DNA of 61,744 nucleotides, filler included, from Diploschistes diacapsis (taxonomy: Eukaryota), in NCBI GenBank assembly GCA_023645945.1. It is 12 parts of 12 records of this genome, joined end to end, with 100 filler letters (N's around TTAATTAATTAA, not from the genome) between each part and the next. Parts side by side here need not be neighbours in the genome. Positions count along the whole stretch, not along the records: positions 29,450 to 55,262 come from JALAIB010000199.1; 11 more parts are not named here. One strand, written 5' to 3'. Positions 39,329 to 50,803 of the stretch are shown one piece after another. A program made the position numbers and the translations under genes. The notes under the pieces are model-generated. The model made no database searches. It was given only the letters and a program-made list of their open reading frames with translations, and was not told where the DNA came from. How positions within the stretch are numbered: the first letter of the stretch is position 1; every line of letters begins with the position of its first letter.

Positions 39329-39676
39329 CTAGTACCTGCAACCTTTGGCGGCAGCCGAAGATCCTGGTTCCACGGTCAGTCATGCCAGGAAGCCTCTGCC
39401 TTGCTTACCTTGGATATTCGGTATTGCCTTGTTGGCTACCCTCTGTTTCCCACCCTCGGTGAAAGCCATACCGTCCAGATCGACTTTTTTGTGGGTAGAA
39501 GCGGGAGGCGGGTTCTTTGGTGCTACGGCAGCTGCTCTAGCTCCCACAGCCGGCAGGGAGCTCGTTTTGGTCGAGTACAACGTGCTATGGCGTGTGGTGT
39601 CATGTTTCAGCAGCTTCTCGAGAGCGGTAAAAGTGGTGTCGCAGCCTGCCTCGGGACATTTAACAGGCTTGTCCAT
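39329..39676 (-). CDS. Small (~100 aa) protein with one N-terminal C2H2 zinc finger; exons 39676-39409, 39363-39329
   Basis: KCPEAGCDTTFTALEKLLKHDTTRH fits C-x4-C-x3-F-x5-L-x2-H-x4-H. ACAATG start context. GTAAGC...CTGAC...CAG intron. Confidence 0.6.
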
Positions 39677-41130
39677 TGTCGAGTATCATCCAATAAACAA
39701 GTTTCGGACAAAGTGACCTGGGTCATAAGAAATGGCGACGAAGCGTTAGAAAAGATGTAAAGCCCCCTAACCAAGGTCAATTAGATCAAAGAGAGAACTC
39801 GAGAGTGCGATATATCTGTATCAGAAATGGCATGAATAGAATACTCCTTTCGACTCCCTCAGCTTCGAAAATACCGATGCGAGGTTACATGCACCTTTCC
39901 AACTCTTCGAGACTGGAGGCCCGGACCGCGCGTGGCTGTCTTCATGGCATCCGGCTTCAGGGCTACTTGTAGCAAATACTTTTTTCTTTAAATGACACGT
40001 CTCTTGCATGAGGAGCGCTTCCCCAACAGACCGGACAGGGGAGCTATACCAGCTACCGTGGCAAGTCGGAAAAGACGACGACAATCAACCACGACAGAAG
40101 AAGGCTGGAGAAATCTCCACAAGCCGCGGATATCTGCATGGCCAGTGTCCTCATGGTGACTTGCAATAGCCTCGTACCAATTTATGCAGTTTTCCAAAGC
40201 CAGCAACGAAGAAGATGTGACGACGAACAAGTCAGTGAAAGTCCCAGCGTCTTAAAAAGCTGATTGAAAGGCCCCATAGGTGTTTTCCGAGATTCTGGTG
40301 CCCTACTGGGTTAATTAAACTCACGAACCTGGTCCGGCAACTAGCCATTTGAAGTCAAAGTAAAAGGGCATTTTTCCGAGTGCTCTGACTCGCTGGCCAA
40401 ATCTTGAGCAACTGTTCCTGATTTGGATCGTGATTATTGTTCTTAATTGCTTTGCGATTTCATATTCATCATGGGCCTGGGCTGGCCGTGCTTTCAGACA
40501 CTCTTTCCGCAAGTTCAAGTTTAAAAGGCGCGGAGAAGAAATCGTTGCACACAAGGTAACCTGTTTTGTAGCCCTGCAGCCTTTTCGCTACAACTTATGC
40601 CTGTTTTATCCTTGTGCTTGGTTTTAATGCATGTCCAGACCTTTCTGACATCCCTTGGCGCATGGGACATTAATTCCAGATGGTCAAGTGTCGGCATTAC
40701 GGCATGAGTGCATGCTGGGAATTCGTTCAGCACATTTGTGTCGTTTCAATTGCGGCTACAGGGAGATCGCTCCGACTCGATGGACTCCAATGGGATACCA
40801 CACCATACGACCTGTCGGTTCGCATCGTACCTAAGACCCCCCTTCACAGGAAGCCCACATGGCTCGTTGGCCTTTTTCTAGGAATCCAGAGAGCCACGCC
40901 GGAGTAAGATGCCGATACTTTAAGGACCGTTACTATCTGCGGACGGCATAGTGCATCCACGGGGGAAGCGCCTCTTCGTTTTTGGCAGATGATCATCCGG
41001 GTCATTTGCAGGGTACAAAGGCTTACGTACCCAGCAGCAGCGCCACAGACGAACAGCTACTTATGCCCATTCTAGCATATTGCCTGTTCAACAACTCGGC
41101 CCCGTCATTGGAGACATGGTCGATCCGACC

Positions 41131-41154
41131 TGTGTGTGTGTGTGTGTGTGTGTG
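41131..41154. repeat. (TG)12 microsatellite
   Basis: Directly visible. Confidence 0.95.
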
Positions 41155-42263
41155 TCTCATTCCCCCCGGGCACAAAGTCCTGCCTCCCCTCCTCTGGTGC
41201 CTTTTTCTTACCGACAATCAAGAGCCCGCCAGATTTTCTCCTCACCGACTCGTAATCAGCAAAAGGAGCTAGCTGCATCGAGACACCGCAGACCACCATC
41301 CTTCCCTTTGTTCTGAACGAAACGGAGTGCAACCCTACTAATTTCCCTCGCATGGAGCTTGCAGAGGGAAACAGGAAACCCGGTATATGGGTAGCCAACG
41401 AAACGTCCAAAAAAACAAACATTGACACAATACATGTCACATCCAGACTTTAGCTGGGGGCCGAAACCCAATGTTGACAATGCGTGGGCAGAACAGTCTA
41501 AAAAATAAAAAATAAAAAGACAAAGCTGCGGACTCAGCAGGTTCGCCCCAGGGTCTAGCCACCCCCTTTTTCACGAATAAGAGTGTTGAGAGATGCACAA
41601 CAGGTCCGGGCCAGGCTTCCGAGACCACAAAAACTACCCAGCACGGAGGGGGGACGGGCAAGCATAGAAAGGATGAATCTTTTTTACTAAACGTTCGATG
41701 GGCAGGCCTGCCTCTACTAGTCCGCTGGGAGTAGGGGAGTGCAGCAACGTCATGTATTTTTGTTCTTCGCGTGTTCAAAGAGCTTTTTGCCATTTTTTTT
41801 TTCTTATCTTTGCCATGGGCCAAGCCAATCTCGAGAACCGCACGCACGCCTACCTTGCGGAACCTCAAAGTGAACAACAGGCTTGAGAAGAGTTGCAAAC
41901 GGGGGCTTTTGAAAATCAAAATCAGAGAGGGCTTCCATCTACCCAAGCCCCCAACTTGTTCTAGTAGTGAATGCTAGCTAGATTGACAACGTGCTATAAT
42001 CGTAAAGCTTTGCTCAGAATTAAGCCCAGCCATAACAATGGCAACCCATTAGCCCGTATTCGTGACAAGCCCGCTATGATCCCCCTTTTCACATTCTCGT
42101 GATGGTTTTTTTTGAGGAGATTTTCTTCCGTTCATAAGTCCAAACCGCCGAAAAGTTCGAAGTGTCTACCCTTCTTCCACGTTGCATATAACACCGAGAC
42201 GAGACAGAAATCGCTAGAGGCCGAAGTGATCGAAATAGAAAACTAGGTGGAGTCTTGAACCCT

Positions 42264-42271
42264 TATATATA
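42264..42271 (+). promoter_or_regulatory. TATA-like box upstream of the candidate telomerase RNA
   Basis: TATATATA shortly before the structured GC-rich region begins. Confidence 0.5.
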
Positions 42272-42289
42272 TCCCATACGCTGCCGTCA

Positions 42290-43530
42290 TCGTCTATTTC
42301 CAAGGCCGGAGGAGGAACGGGGGGCTTCGAAGCCCCCGTCGAGTGCGTCCTCGCAGCCAGCGTCAAGTCCTTGCTTGGGGGCCTGGGAGCCCAGTCTGAG
42401 CGGTCTTGGCTGAAGAAGAGAGAAGAAGTCTTTCTAACCCGTGGGCCCTATATGGCTCCGAAAGTGCCCTAACCGGTTTTGATTCACATCACGTTTCTTT
42501 TGCTCGATGGAGACAAAGTCCTCCAGGAAAACGTTCGACGGCACAGATCCCGCCGATGAAGCAGCAACGCCGCGCGGCTCCTGAATTCTCGCTCGCAGAG
42601 TGGGCAACAGAGCGCAGCCTTCCTGCCCCGCTTCTTCCCCCCGTATGTAGTGGGCCTCGTCTTCGCTGCGCTGGAGCGGCGACGTAGTGCCCGTGCTTTG
42701 TCCTCCATCGCCCGAGGCTCCGGCGACGATACCGATTCGCCGCACTTGATACCTCGCAGCCTCTCCAACGCTTGCCGCTTGCTTGGACGCTCCTTGTGGA
42801 GGCTGCTCGGAGAACCCTCGAGTGAAGGCAAGCGGGTCGGCACGCCGCGGGAAGCGGTAGGGTGCGCTAGATTGAGCTTGAACCCTCGCGCGTCGGAAAA
42901 ATCAAATGCCAGGCTTGTGTGCGAGGGGCTCTGGTCGAGGTAACAGTGTATTGGCTTCGGGGTAGAGTGCGGATCGAAGAAGTCCGGGTGCGGCGCGTCC
43001 CCCTCCTGCGTGCTGATGTTCACAGTCGGTATTCTGTTGGGCGATGCTTCCTCGTAGGTGAGGATCAAGTACTGCATCTCTGAGAACTGCAGAAACGCGT
43101 AAGGTGCGGCAGCGTCTCCAACGTTGTTGACGGGGGGGGGAGGGGGAGTGGTAGTTCGGTTTCTGGCGTAAGGCAGTTTTGAGTCAAATGATATGAGCAT
43201 GTGCTGCGCTCGATAGAGATGCAACAACTTTATAATTCAGATACGGCGAGTTACAAAGAGAGAACTTTCCTGGAACATGAAAAGGTTTTCCATGGCCCTC
43301 AGTGTTCCTGAAGAAATAATCGCGAAGTAGAAGCAAATCATCACATTGAACTGAGGGTGAAGAAGAAAGAACTTATTTTGAACGAGTGCATGATATTTCC
43401 GCAGCGGGATTTGGGGTTAGCTCCGACGTACCTTGAACAACAGTGCCAGCCCTGAGGCGATTGCTGCCTAGCAACCTCCTGCACGTGATTTTTCACGTCG
43501 TAACCTAGCAGGCAGTTTGCCAGGGAGCCT
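42290..43530 (+). ncRNA. TER: Candidate telomerase RNA (TER); ends approximate
   Basis: Core-enclosing helix 42396-42409/43290-43302. Boundary hairpin 42430-42464. Template CCCTAACC 42467-42474. PK1 42478-42486/43180-43188. PK2 + PK2.1 42493-42506/43247-43265. CR4/5-like P6 (43397-43409) and P6.1 GGGG-UUAG-CUCC (43413-43424). Order and topology match Pezizomycotina TERs. All pairings were derived by hand. Confidence 0.78.
42484..43077 (-). CDS. Putative 197-aa C2HC zinc-finger protein, antisense to the candidate TER
   Basis: Stop-free frame (to 43227) containing GGKKRGRK and CPLCEREFRSRAALLLHRRDLC (C-x2-C-x3-F-x5-L-x2-H-x4-C). Could be a chance ORF in GC-rich structured RNA. Confidence 0.4.
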   Translation of the reverse strand: MQYLILTYEEASPNRIPTVNISTQEGDAPHPDFFDPHSTPKPIHCYLDQSPSHTSLAFDFSDARGFKLNLAHPTASRGVPTRLPSLEGSPSSLHKERPSKRQALERLRGIKCGESVSSPEPRAMEDKARALRRRSSAAKTRPTTYGGKKRGRKAALCCPLCEREFRSRAALLLHRRDLCRRTFSWRTLSPSSKRNVM

Positions 43531-46500
43531 TATCCCCATAGAATGAAGGCATTGATCGAATCGGCAATATAATAGAAGTCGTATTGCCCCTCCCCAGCGT
43601 GGAATCGGTGACACTGTTGAATTTCTATGGCAAATGCAGCGTGTAAAAGAAGTTGCAACTGTGCGAGGGTGAAAATCAGTGTAAGAGTGGGATGGGAAAA
43701 CTCAAAAGTTGCGCTTGTTCGCATATATGAGTGCTTAGAAACACGAGCGACTAATACGTGAATTCAAAGTCGTCGAGACAGAGCTCGAATGCTATTCGAA
43801 CCAAAAGCAGTATCAGCGAAAGAAGGCAGCAGACGAGGCGCCAGTCAGTATTGTTGGAAACATTGATGCGGATTTTCAAGGCAATGCTCGTTGATAGTAA
43901 CTAAATCAGAAAGCTCGCACGCCATGAGACTGTGAAAATGTTCATATATGCTTGTTTATTTGTAATCATAGACCGTGACCTCGGGCGAACGGTAATTCGG
44001 GAGAGGAAGCACAGGCTATCATGGTTGCAGGATGGTTTACTAATAGTCCTTGTAACTGTGACTTGAGCGCGCCCCTATCTGTAGGCTACCTTGTTTCCTT
44101 TCCAAGGCTAACTTCATGTCATCGGGCTACCTAAGGTACATTTGAAGCAACAAACTGCGTAACATGTCAAATTAATGCCAGACTCGAATGAATGCCATAC
44201 AGTAATGGATTATCTCCCTTCACAAAGACCAACCATATTTTTGGACGACCTCCGATGGCGAGGCGAGGCCGAGGGGTCAAGTGCTGGCCAAAGCGTTGCA
44301 GAGCATGGATGACTTTGTGTACCTGCTAGTCGATCATGCAAATGGGACCTCGCCTCATGGCTTGAGGTTCCTAAATTCTGAACTTCTGTCGGAGTAGTTG
44401 CGCCTCTGTGACTGTTTTCCGTATAAGGAAGTAAAACGTGGAATCTAACCTCTAGATTAGGAAACAGATTTGGAGTCGTTAGGATAGTAGGGCCAAGCCC
44501 TATTACTCCCAAGCGCGTTGATAGGTCCCGGTTCGCCTTTGTAAAAAGCCTCCGCTTTCGGCCAAAGGCTGTTCCGAGGAGTCACTATGTTGGAAGGAAC
44601 AAACGTATTGAAGTAGTTAGTCCCGAGTCGTTGCATGGGTACCGAACGCCAAATCTGATTTGCAGAGCAGGAGCTTGCATCAAGCTCTATGGCTTTGCGG
44701 AGTACATCACAGCAATAGGAGGCTGGCTTCAAACGGTGAGCCTTACGGCACGCGCGCCGTCTGAGACTCCTCAAAGCTTTGGGGTTTTGAGAAGTATCCA
44801 TATGCTAGGGTCGCGTTTTGCAGAGCACGCCGGCCCACTTATTCGCAATGCTTCAGACGAGAACTCAACACTGAACGACTGCGCGAAATCGCAACCAGCC
44901 CAGCAGCGGATCGTACTAAGGTCGATTGTACAGCACCCACCCGATCAAGAACATCGAGCACCAACCCATCATGTTCTGTGCTGGACGATATTGCTTGGCT
45001 CTCGGCAAAATCCAAGGCTCGGGTGACGGCGACGTCTTACGCGATAGGGTTGTTCCCAAGCTGTAGTGACTCGGTGATGGATCATCATTGGAATCCCATC
45101 GGAGGAAGAACATCACGGGTTCCTAATGATATATTGTGTGAAGGTGAAACCCGCACGTCGCCCAAAGAAGGACCTTCAAGCAGAAGTTTTGTATTCTCTC
45201 GATAGTCTTGACCTTCGCGGAGTCTCCTGTTCGTGGAGTACGTATGGTAGAGAGAGCTCTTTGGAATGGGTCTGCAGCTAACCATTGCTTAGAAAAGCGG
45301 CTGGCAGCCATACTTCCAAGTTCCCATTACTGCTTGCTACTTCATTCGCGACCGCACTTGATAAGGCACATGGGATTCCGCTAAAGTGCGAGATAAGAGT
45401 TGAAGGATTCGTGCACTTGGTTTATCGCCTTTCAAGCGGCGAAATAAGAGTTGAAGAATCCGTCCCATTGGTATACCGCCTTCTAAGCTGCGACTCTTCC
45501 GTAACGGGTTGCGGACAATACCGACTGTATCAACGACTGAAGTCCCCAAGCGGATGAACCTTGGCTAGATATTGAGTGTTAAGTCTGTGTGTCGAGACAG
45601 CACTATACCGATGGTGGAAAATACATGATTGTTGTCAAGTCGTCGCTTGCCTTGCACGTATGCCGCGAGCCTGCGAGCCTCACTGGGGTATAGCATTCAG
45701 CTCCTTCTTTTCTGAATGAGGCTACTGTTGCCGGACACTTTCCAGAGACCGCAGCAATAGAAACTCCCTCTCCGGTGGTCGACAAGTTTGACTCCTTCGC
45801 CATGATTATTATTGTTCTTCTCTTACTCCAATTATATTGCACGTCCACGTTCATCTGGTTAATGCAGTCATATTTCAGATTACCTGACCGATCAAAGATC
45901 CCTTGTCTGGGTAGACGATGACTGTGTGTCGAGACTGAAGCGCTTGGTATGGCCTCATACAAACCTCTTTAGCAAGCATTGCATGCTTTCAGCGTCCATT
46001 GTTTAAACCAATACCACACTGAACCATGTTCCTGGCTTTGAGAATGTTGTCCAGCCCCGGAGATGTTCTTATAGCTATAACAGGTCTTATCCTTGGTTTT
46101 GGTTTAGATTGGCTCACTCTTGCAGCTATGGACGGCTCAGCCACATCTGAAAACTAATATTGATTCACCAGTTGGGTTTCGATGACAGATCGGACTCCTG
46201 GCCTATATAGTGTTACCAAAGCTTCGACATAACCCTTCTGAAGATCTTCATCCTGCTTGTCATAGTCTTACCTAGAAACGAACCAGTCTGAAATGAGTAT
46301 CAGACTGCTCTTTCGTAGCCGAGAAATGCTGCTAACGGTGTCATCGAAGGTTAACAAAGGGTCCTCTTCTCCATTGATAGCTCTAGATTTGTCCGTTGGC
46401 GGAGAGTGTGAAGTTGACTGCTTGTGATAGGAATGGTTGGTTGCAGCTATGATCTGAAGCGCAATATTAGAGGCAGCAGATGGAGCTCAACGAAGAAAGC

Positions 46501-49500
46501 CAGAAGCCTTTCGCGCGTCCGGTTTGCTCAAGGCAGGCAAGCCTTAGCACCTTCCAGTGAAACCATCGGTGGACCATGTGAGAAACGGTCGGCTAGAGTG
46601 CGCGAAGGCATAAAATCCATATTTCTCGGACAAGATGTACCGGACCGGCATGGCGTGTGAAACTGGCTTGTGTGACGCTTGTCTGGTGGAATGCCAACCC
46701 TCTCCTCTACGATCACGCAGACAAAGAGCAGCAGAGATCTATCTGTACAGGAAAAATACTGTGCGGTTTGTGTTACAAGGCTTGAGAGATGCCCTTCTAT
46801 AGGGCTATGTGCGGCTGATAGGCGCCGATCCCTGCATGCACATAGCAGCACGCCGAGCATGTCTGAAAGAAGCCGTTAGTTACCTTACTCACCGAGCTTC
46901 GCCTCCGAAAGATAGGCTGTTAACCTATAAAAATACTCTACCGATCGGTACTGCACAATCAAACAACAGTATCTGGCGTGCTGAGCTTGATACGCCTAAT
47001 GCTTTGGCGCGATACAACGCGACTTGAAGGCACTCTAGGGATGACACCGAAGCTACCATCCTCATATGTCGAGAAAGAGTTGTTTGGAGACAACGGTAGG
47101 GCAGCGTCAAGTGCATCCCGATCTCTAACACCCCTAGGGCAGAATCTGCAAGACCCCAAAGACCTGAGAATGAAAGGACAACAAGCCTGTCTTCATTCTA
47201 AAGATGCCTGCTCGGTCTACAAAGCTATACACTTTCGCCTCGGTCTTAGTAGATATTGATCGGGCATCGATTGTCCAACAGACTGACCGAATACTCATCC
47301 ATCAGAGATAGGATAGATCAATCCGCCATGCCCACTATGAACATAGCATCCTATGCAGAAGATCTTGGGCCGTGCGCCACACCGAAGCACAGCGAAGGTG
47401 TCGAAGGAGAATGCGGTTGCATCCGACGGAAGATACAGCCTTAAGGTTGAGGCACAATGAAGGGTGGGTTTGCGGTTGCATCCTTCTCGGGAGCAGCTGG
47501 CTCATTACGGAAAGATGCTACAGAGATGATGCTCACACGTGGCTGATGCATGTCCGGTACGCACAACGACAGCTTTCTAAAGACCTCGGGATAACTTTGA
47601 GATATCCCCTGCGCACCGGTATCGACTCGATCCACTCGTTTCTGCAAAGTCACAGTTACTGAGGCATTTTATTGGGTGTTCCGAGAATCTACAACATAGA
47701 AACCTTGTGGTGGACCGAGGATCTATGAATGTATACAAAAAACTTAAGAAAGGAAGAGCACGTTTGGAAAAGGGCGGTGGGCCCAGGGGCACTCCTGCTG
47801 GTTTAGCCGCAGTCAAGGACACACAAGCTTCTGAAAACTGTCCAAATGCACATCCTCAAATTTCACCAATCTAAAGATACGACCGACAGAGAGCAAGTTG
47901 TCAAACCATGAATACCCAGAATATCTCATAATGTCGCCACCAGGAACATTCTCCTGCACCGCAAACGCACATACGGAGCGCAAGCAGAGGAACATTACGA
48001 TACTACAGCGCATGAGACAAGGAACCCGACAAAAAAACAGGAAACAATGCAATTAGTTAGGATCACCTGGTCGGAAGGCCAATCTGCCTTAGAAAGTATA
48101 ATGGGCCTCACGAGCAATACTACCCACCACTAGGAAGTAGTAGGCGTCATCGAATTGGAATGTCTCCCAAACCTCCGCCATTTTCGAAGCCCGACCTCAA
48201 TTCTCTCTTTCGCAAATAAAATTGGCATGTTCGGGCTAGCATCAGCACCGTGATTACGTCGAGCTATGGATACGCGATGCAGCTACCGCGCTTTGTTAAT
48301 CGGACCTGACAGCTCACAGAAATACCACCCTGAATCTTGGCTAGCGCCCAGCCTAGCCAACAGCGTAAGAAATAATCTCGAAAGCGAAGATCCTACCTGC
48401 GAGGTCAAGGTACGGAGGCTTCATCTGCCTTTCTGTCTTAGTACCTACTTGGCTTGCCAGCCTTGAGTATGCGCGCTAAAGAAGTAACGAGCGGTGGATC
48501 CTACAACGGTCTTGTTTGGCATTTCATTCGCTGCCTTCATAACACTGGCAGATCTCACCTCCGCGAGAGCATACGAGGCTCGTTCATCGAGGAAGTTCCT
48601 GGCGAAATGGGCGCTTGACTCTGACGTTGCCTTGGGTCTCCCTTCGGGACAACGTAATGCTCATTAGCACGCACGTTTCATCTAATTCTTCGAACTCCAC
48701 CGCTCTGCTTTAAATCAGTCAAACGGAACCTAATTACTATGACAGCGCTCGAAGTCTGTTGGAGGAGTCTGCCTTCCTACCACCTTGTTTCACACCTATT
48801 AAAATAAGTCAAGATGGCCAAAACGTAGTAGTACAGAACAAGGGTTTCAACAGTCCAGGCATCTACATTGACTTCAGTCCATACCTTTTACAAGAACCCC
48901 ATATGCTAGAATGTCACGAAACAAGAATGCGACAAGCGAGACAAGCATCGTCGGGTAACAGGCAATTCTTCAACACTTCGCAAGCTGCTTTGTGGATACC
49001 TTTTTCAATGGTACCTCGCGCTTGCCTGCGTCGGCTCTATGACGATCCTCGCCAGTGCCTCGCACCATCATTGTCCGTCCTTCGGCTAAGTTACCCTCTC
49101 TATTCGGCTTTGCGCTCTCTGCCTTCTTACTTCCATACCTCTTCTTGGATATATAATACTGCTCCTGCGACTCAGATGGACATATTTATGGTTCGCTATG
49201 AGGCAGCAGCATGTTAGCCACCGTGTTCCTCCCTCTCTATCGATCCTCATCATCCTCATCTAAGAATTCAAAAACAATCGAGCACCTGCGTGGCGGAACT
49301 AGCCCATTGATATCGCCGCCCCGTCTACCTCCCTCTCCCTCTATATCGCGCCCTCGGATCTCGAGCGAGCCAATAGAAGCATGACTATCAAGCCCTGCAG
49401 TCCCCCGAGGAGACCCCAGCGTACCCAGGCTAGGCATGTCTCCCCTGTGGAAACCCTTCGCTGTCTTGCGGCAAGGTGGACGCTGGCGATCGTGCCCCAC

Positions 49501-49608
49501 CAAGCGAATAGTAGCTATTGCGCCGTGATGATTTCGTAAAGAGGATCTTTTTTATAATACGTCGGGTCGTTTTTTCGGTCGGGGTAAATGGCTAATAACG
49601 AATATAGT

Positions 49609-49656
49609 TAGCGGGCCTCACGAGAGACCCGGACGGGTTTCTCATGAGGCCCGCTA
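49609..49656. repeat. Near-perfect 23-bp-arm palindrome within a short AT-rich element
   Basis: tagcgggcctcacgagagacccg-ga-cgggtttctcatgaggcccgcta. Confidence 0.85.
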
Positions 49657-49866
49657 GGTTTTAAAGAGCTAGGCCGATATATATTTTAAACTTAAGGGAC
49701 GCCCGTAGGTATTTGGAAGATTGCATCGTTTATATAAGTGATCCTAATCTACGCTTCGACAGTAAGAGTCTTCCCCTATCTACTCCTACATCGAAGCCTA
49801 CGCTGTACTGTACGTTCTTCCATTCTTTCAAACTTCTTGCCACAAAATCTCTCATTACACTTCACA

Positions 49867-50353
49867 GTGCACTTCTCTCAAGCCATCATTCACAGCGTCA
49901 TGGCTGCAGGCGTCTTGGCCGCGGCCGTTCGACATTGAAGCACGTGGAGCACATAAGCGTGATGCAGCGGTCACCAGTTCACAACGCCGCGCTACTCCTT
50001 CAGCCGACGAGTTCGGCCCTTGGGACAGCAGGCATGATGAGTTCGGGTCCTGGGTAATGGCCGTGATTCCCACCACACTGAAGCTCAAACCGTTGCCAAG
50101 GAGAAGACTGAAGCCGCCAAATACAAGACCGTACGGGATGCTGAGCCCGAGGCGCACCATAATGAAGCCTAGATCGCAGCCAAGGAAAAGGCCGAGACCC
50201 CCCCTGGGCAACAAGAAGACGGCAGCCACAGAAGCGGAACCAGAAACACACCACACGGAGGCCCAGATTGCGGCGAGCAGACCGCACAGTCTTGGAATAC
50301 GCAGGTACTGGTGTGGTGCTACGGCAGCCAAGGGCGGAAAGAAGGGAAGGTGA
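49867..50353 (+). pseudogene. Decayed secreted repeat-peptide precursor (KEX2-processed repeat protein-like)
   Basis: cacaGTG-HFSQAIIHSVMAAGVLAAAV (signal peptide-like, start codon lost), ...EARGAHKRDAA, then three HH(T/N)EAQ(T/I)xA repeats at 50071, 50155 and 50249, the last two preceded by RDAEPEA / EAEPET. Frameshifts and TAG at 50170. Confidence 0.6.
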
Positions 50354-50803
50354 AGGGGAAGGGGAAGAAGGGTAAGGGGTTCAGTGACTGCCGGTGGTGG
50401 TAATGCTGCGGCGAATGCATGTGGTGCTAGTGCCTCAGTCTAAGTTGGAGTTTGGTGACTGCAATGTGTTTGCTGGCGGGTTTCTACGAGGCTGGGGATG
50501 TCTGGGTTGGATATCAGGAGCGCTCCAAGGACGGCGTTACTGCAGTTGCCTAGATCCTATGACGATGTGTGTATTTATAGCTAGGGGGTTAGTGCTATTG
50601 ATGGCCATGTGTTTGGGCTTTCTGATATAAATCCTGTGTTCTGGTCAAGGCGTGACTGCACTGGTGACAAGTAAACTCATTTGTATAAGACCTTAACGAC
50701 AACATCATAAAACGGAGCAATAAAACAACACTCTACCTAGCCCTCCCTCCAACCCCTCCATGCTCCTCCTGGCCACTTGCTCCCTTCTCCCTTCACCCTG
50801 CCC

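Noticed and set aside
42434..42440. CTAACCC as an alternative telomerase template
   Set aside because: It lies inside the predicted boundary hairpin. CCCTAACC at 42467 is longer and sits directly before PK1.
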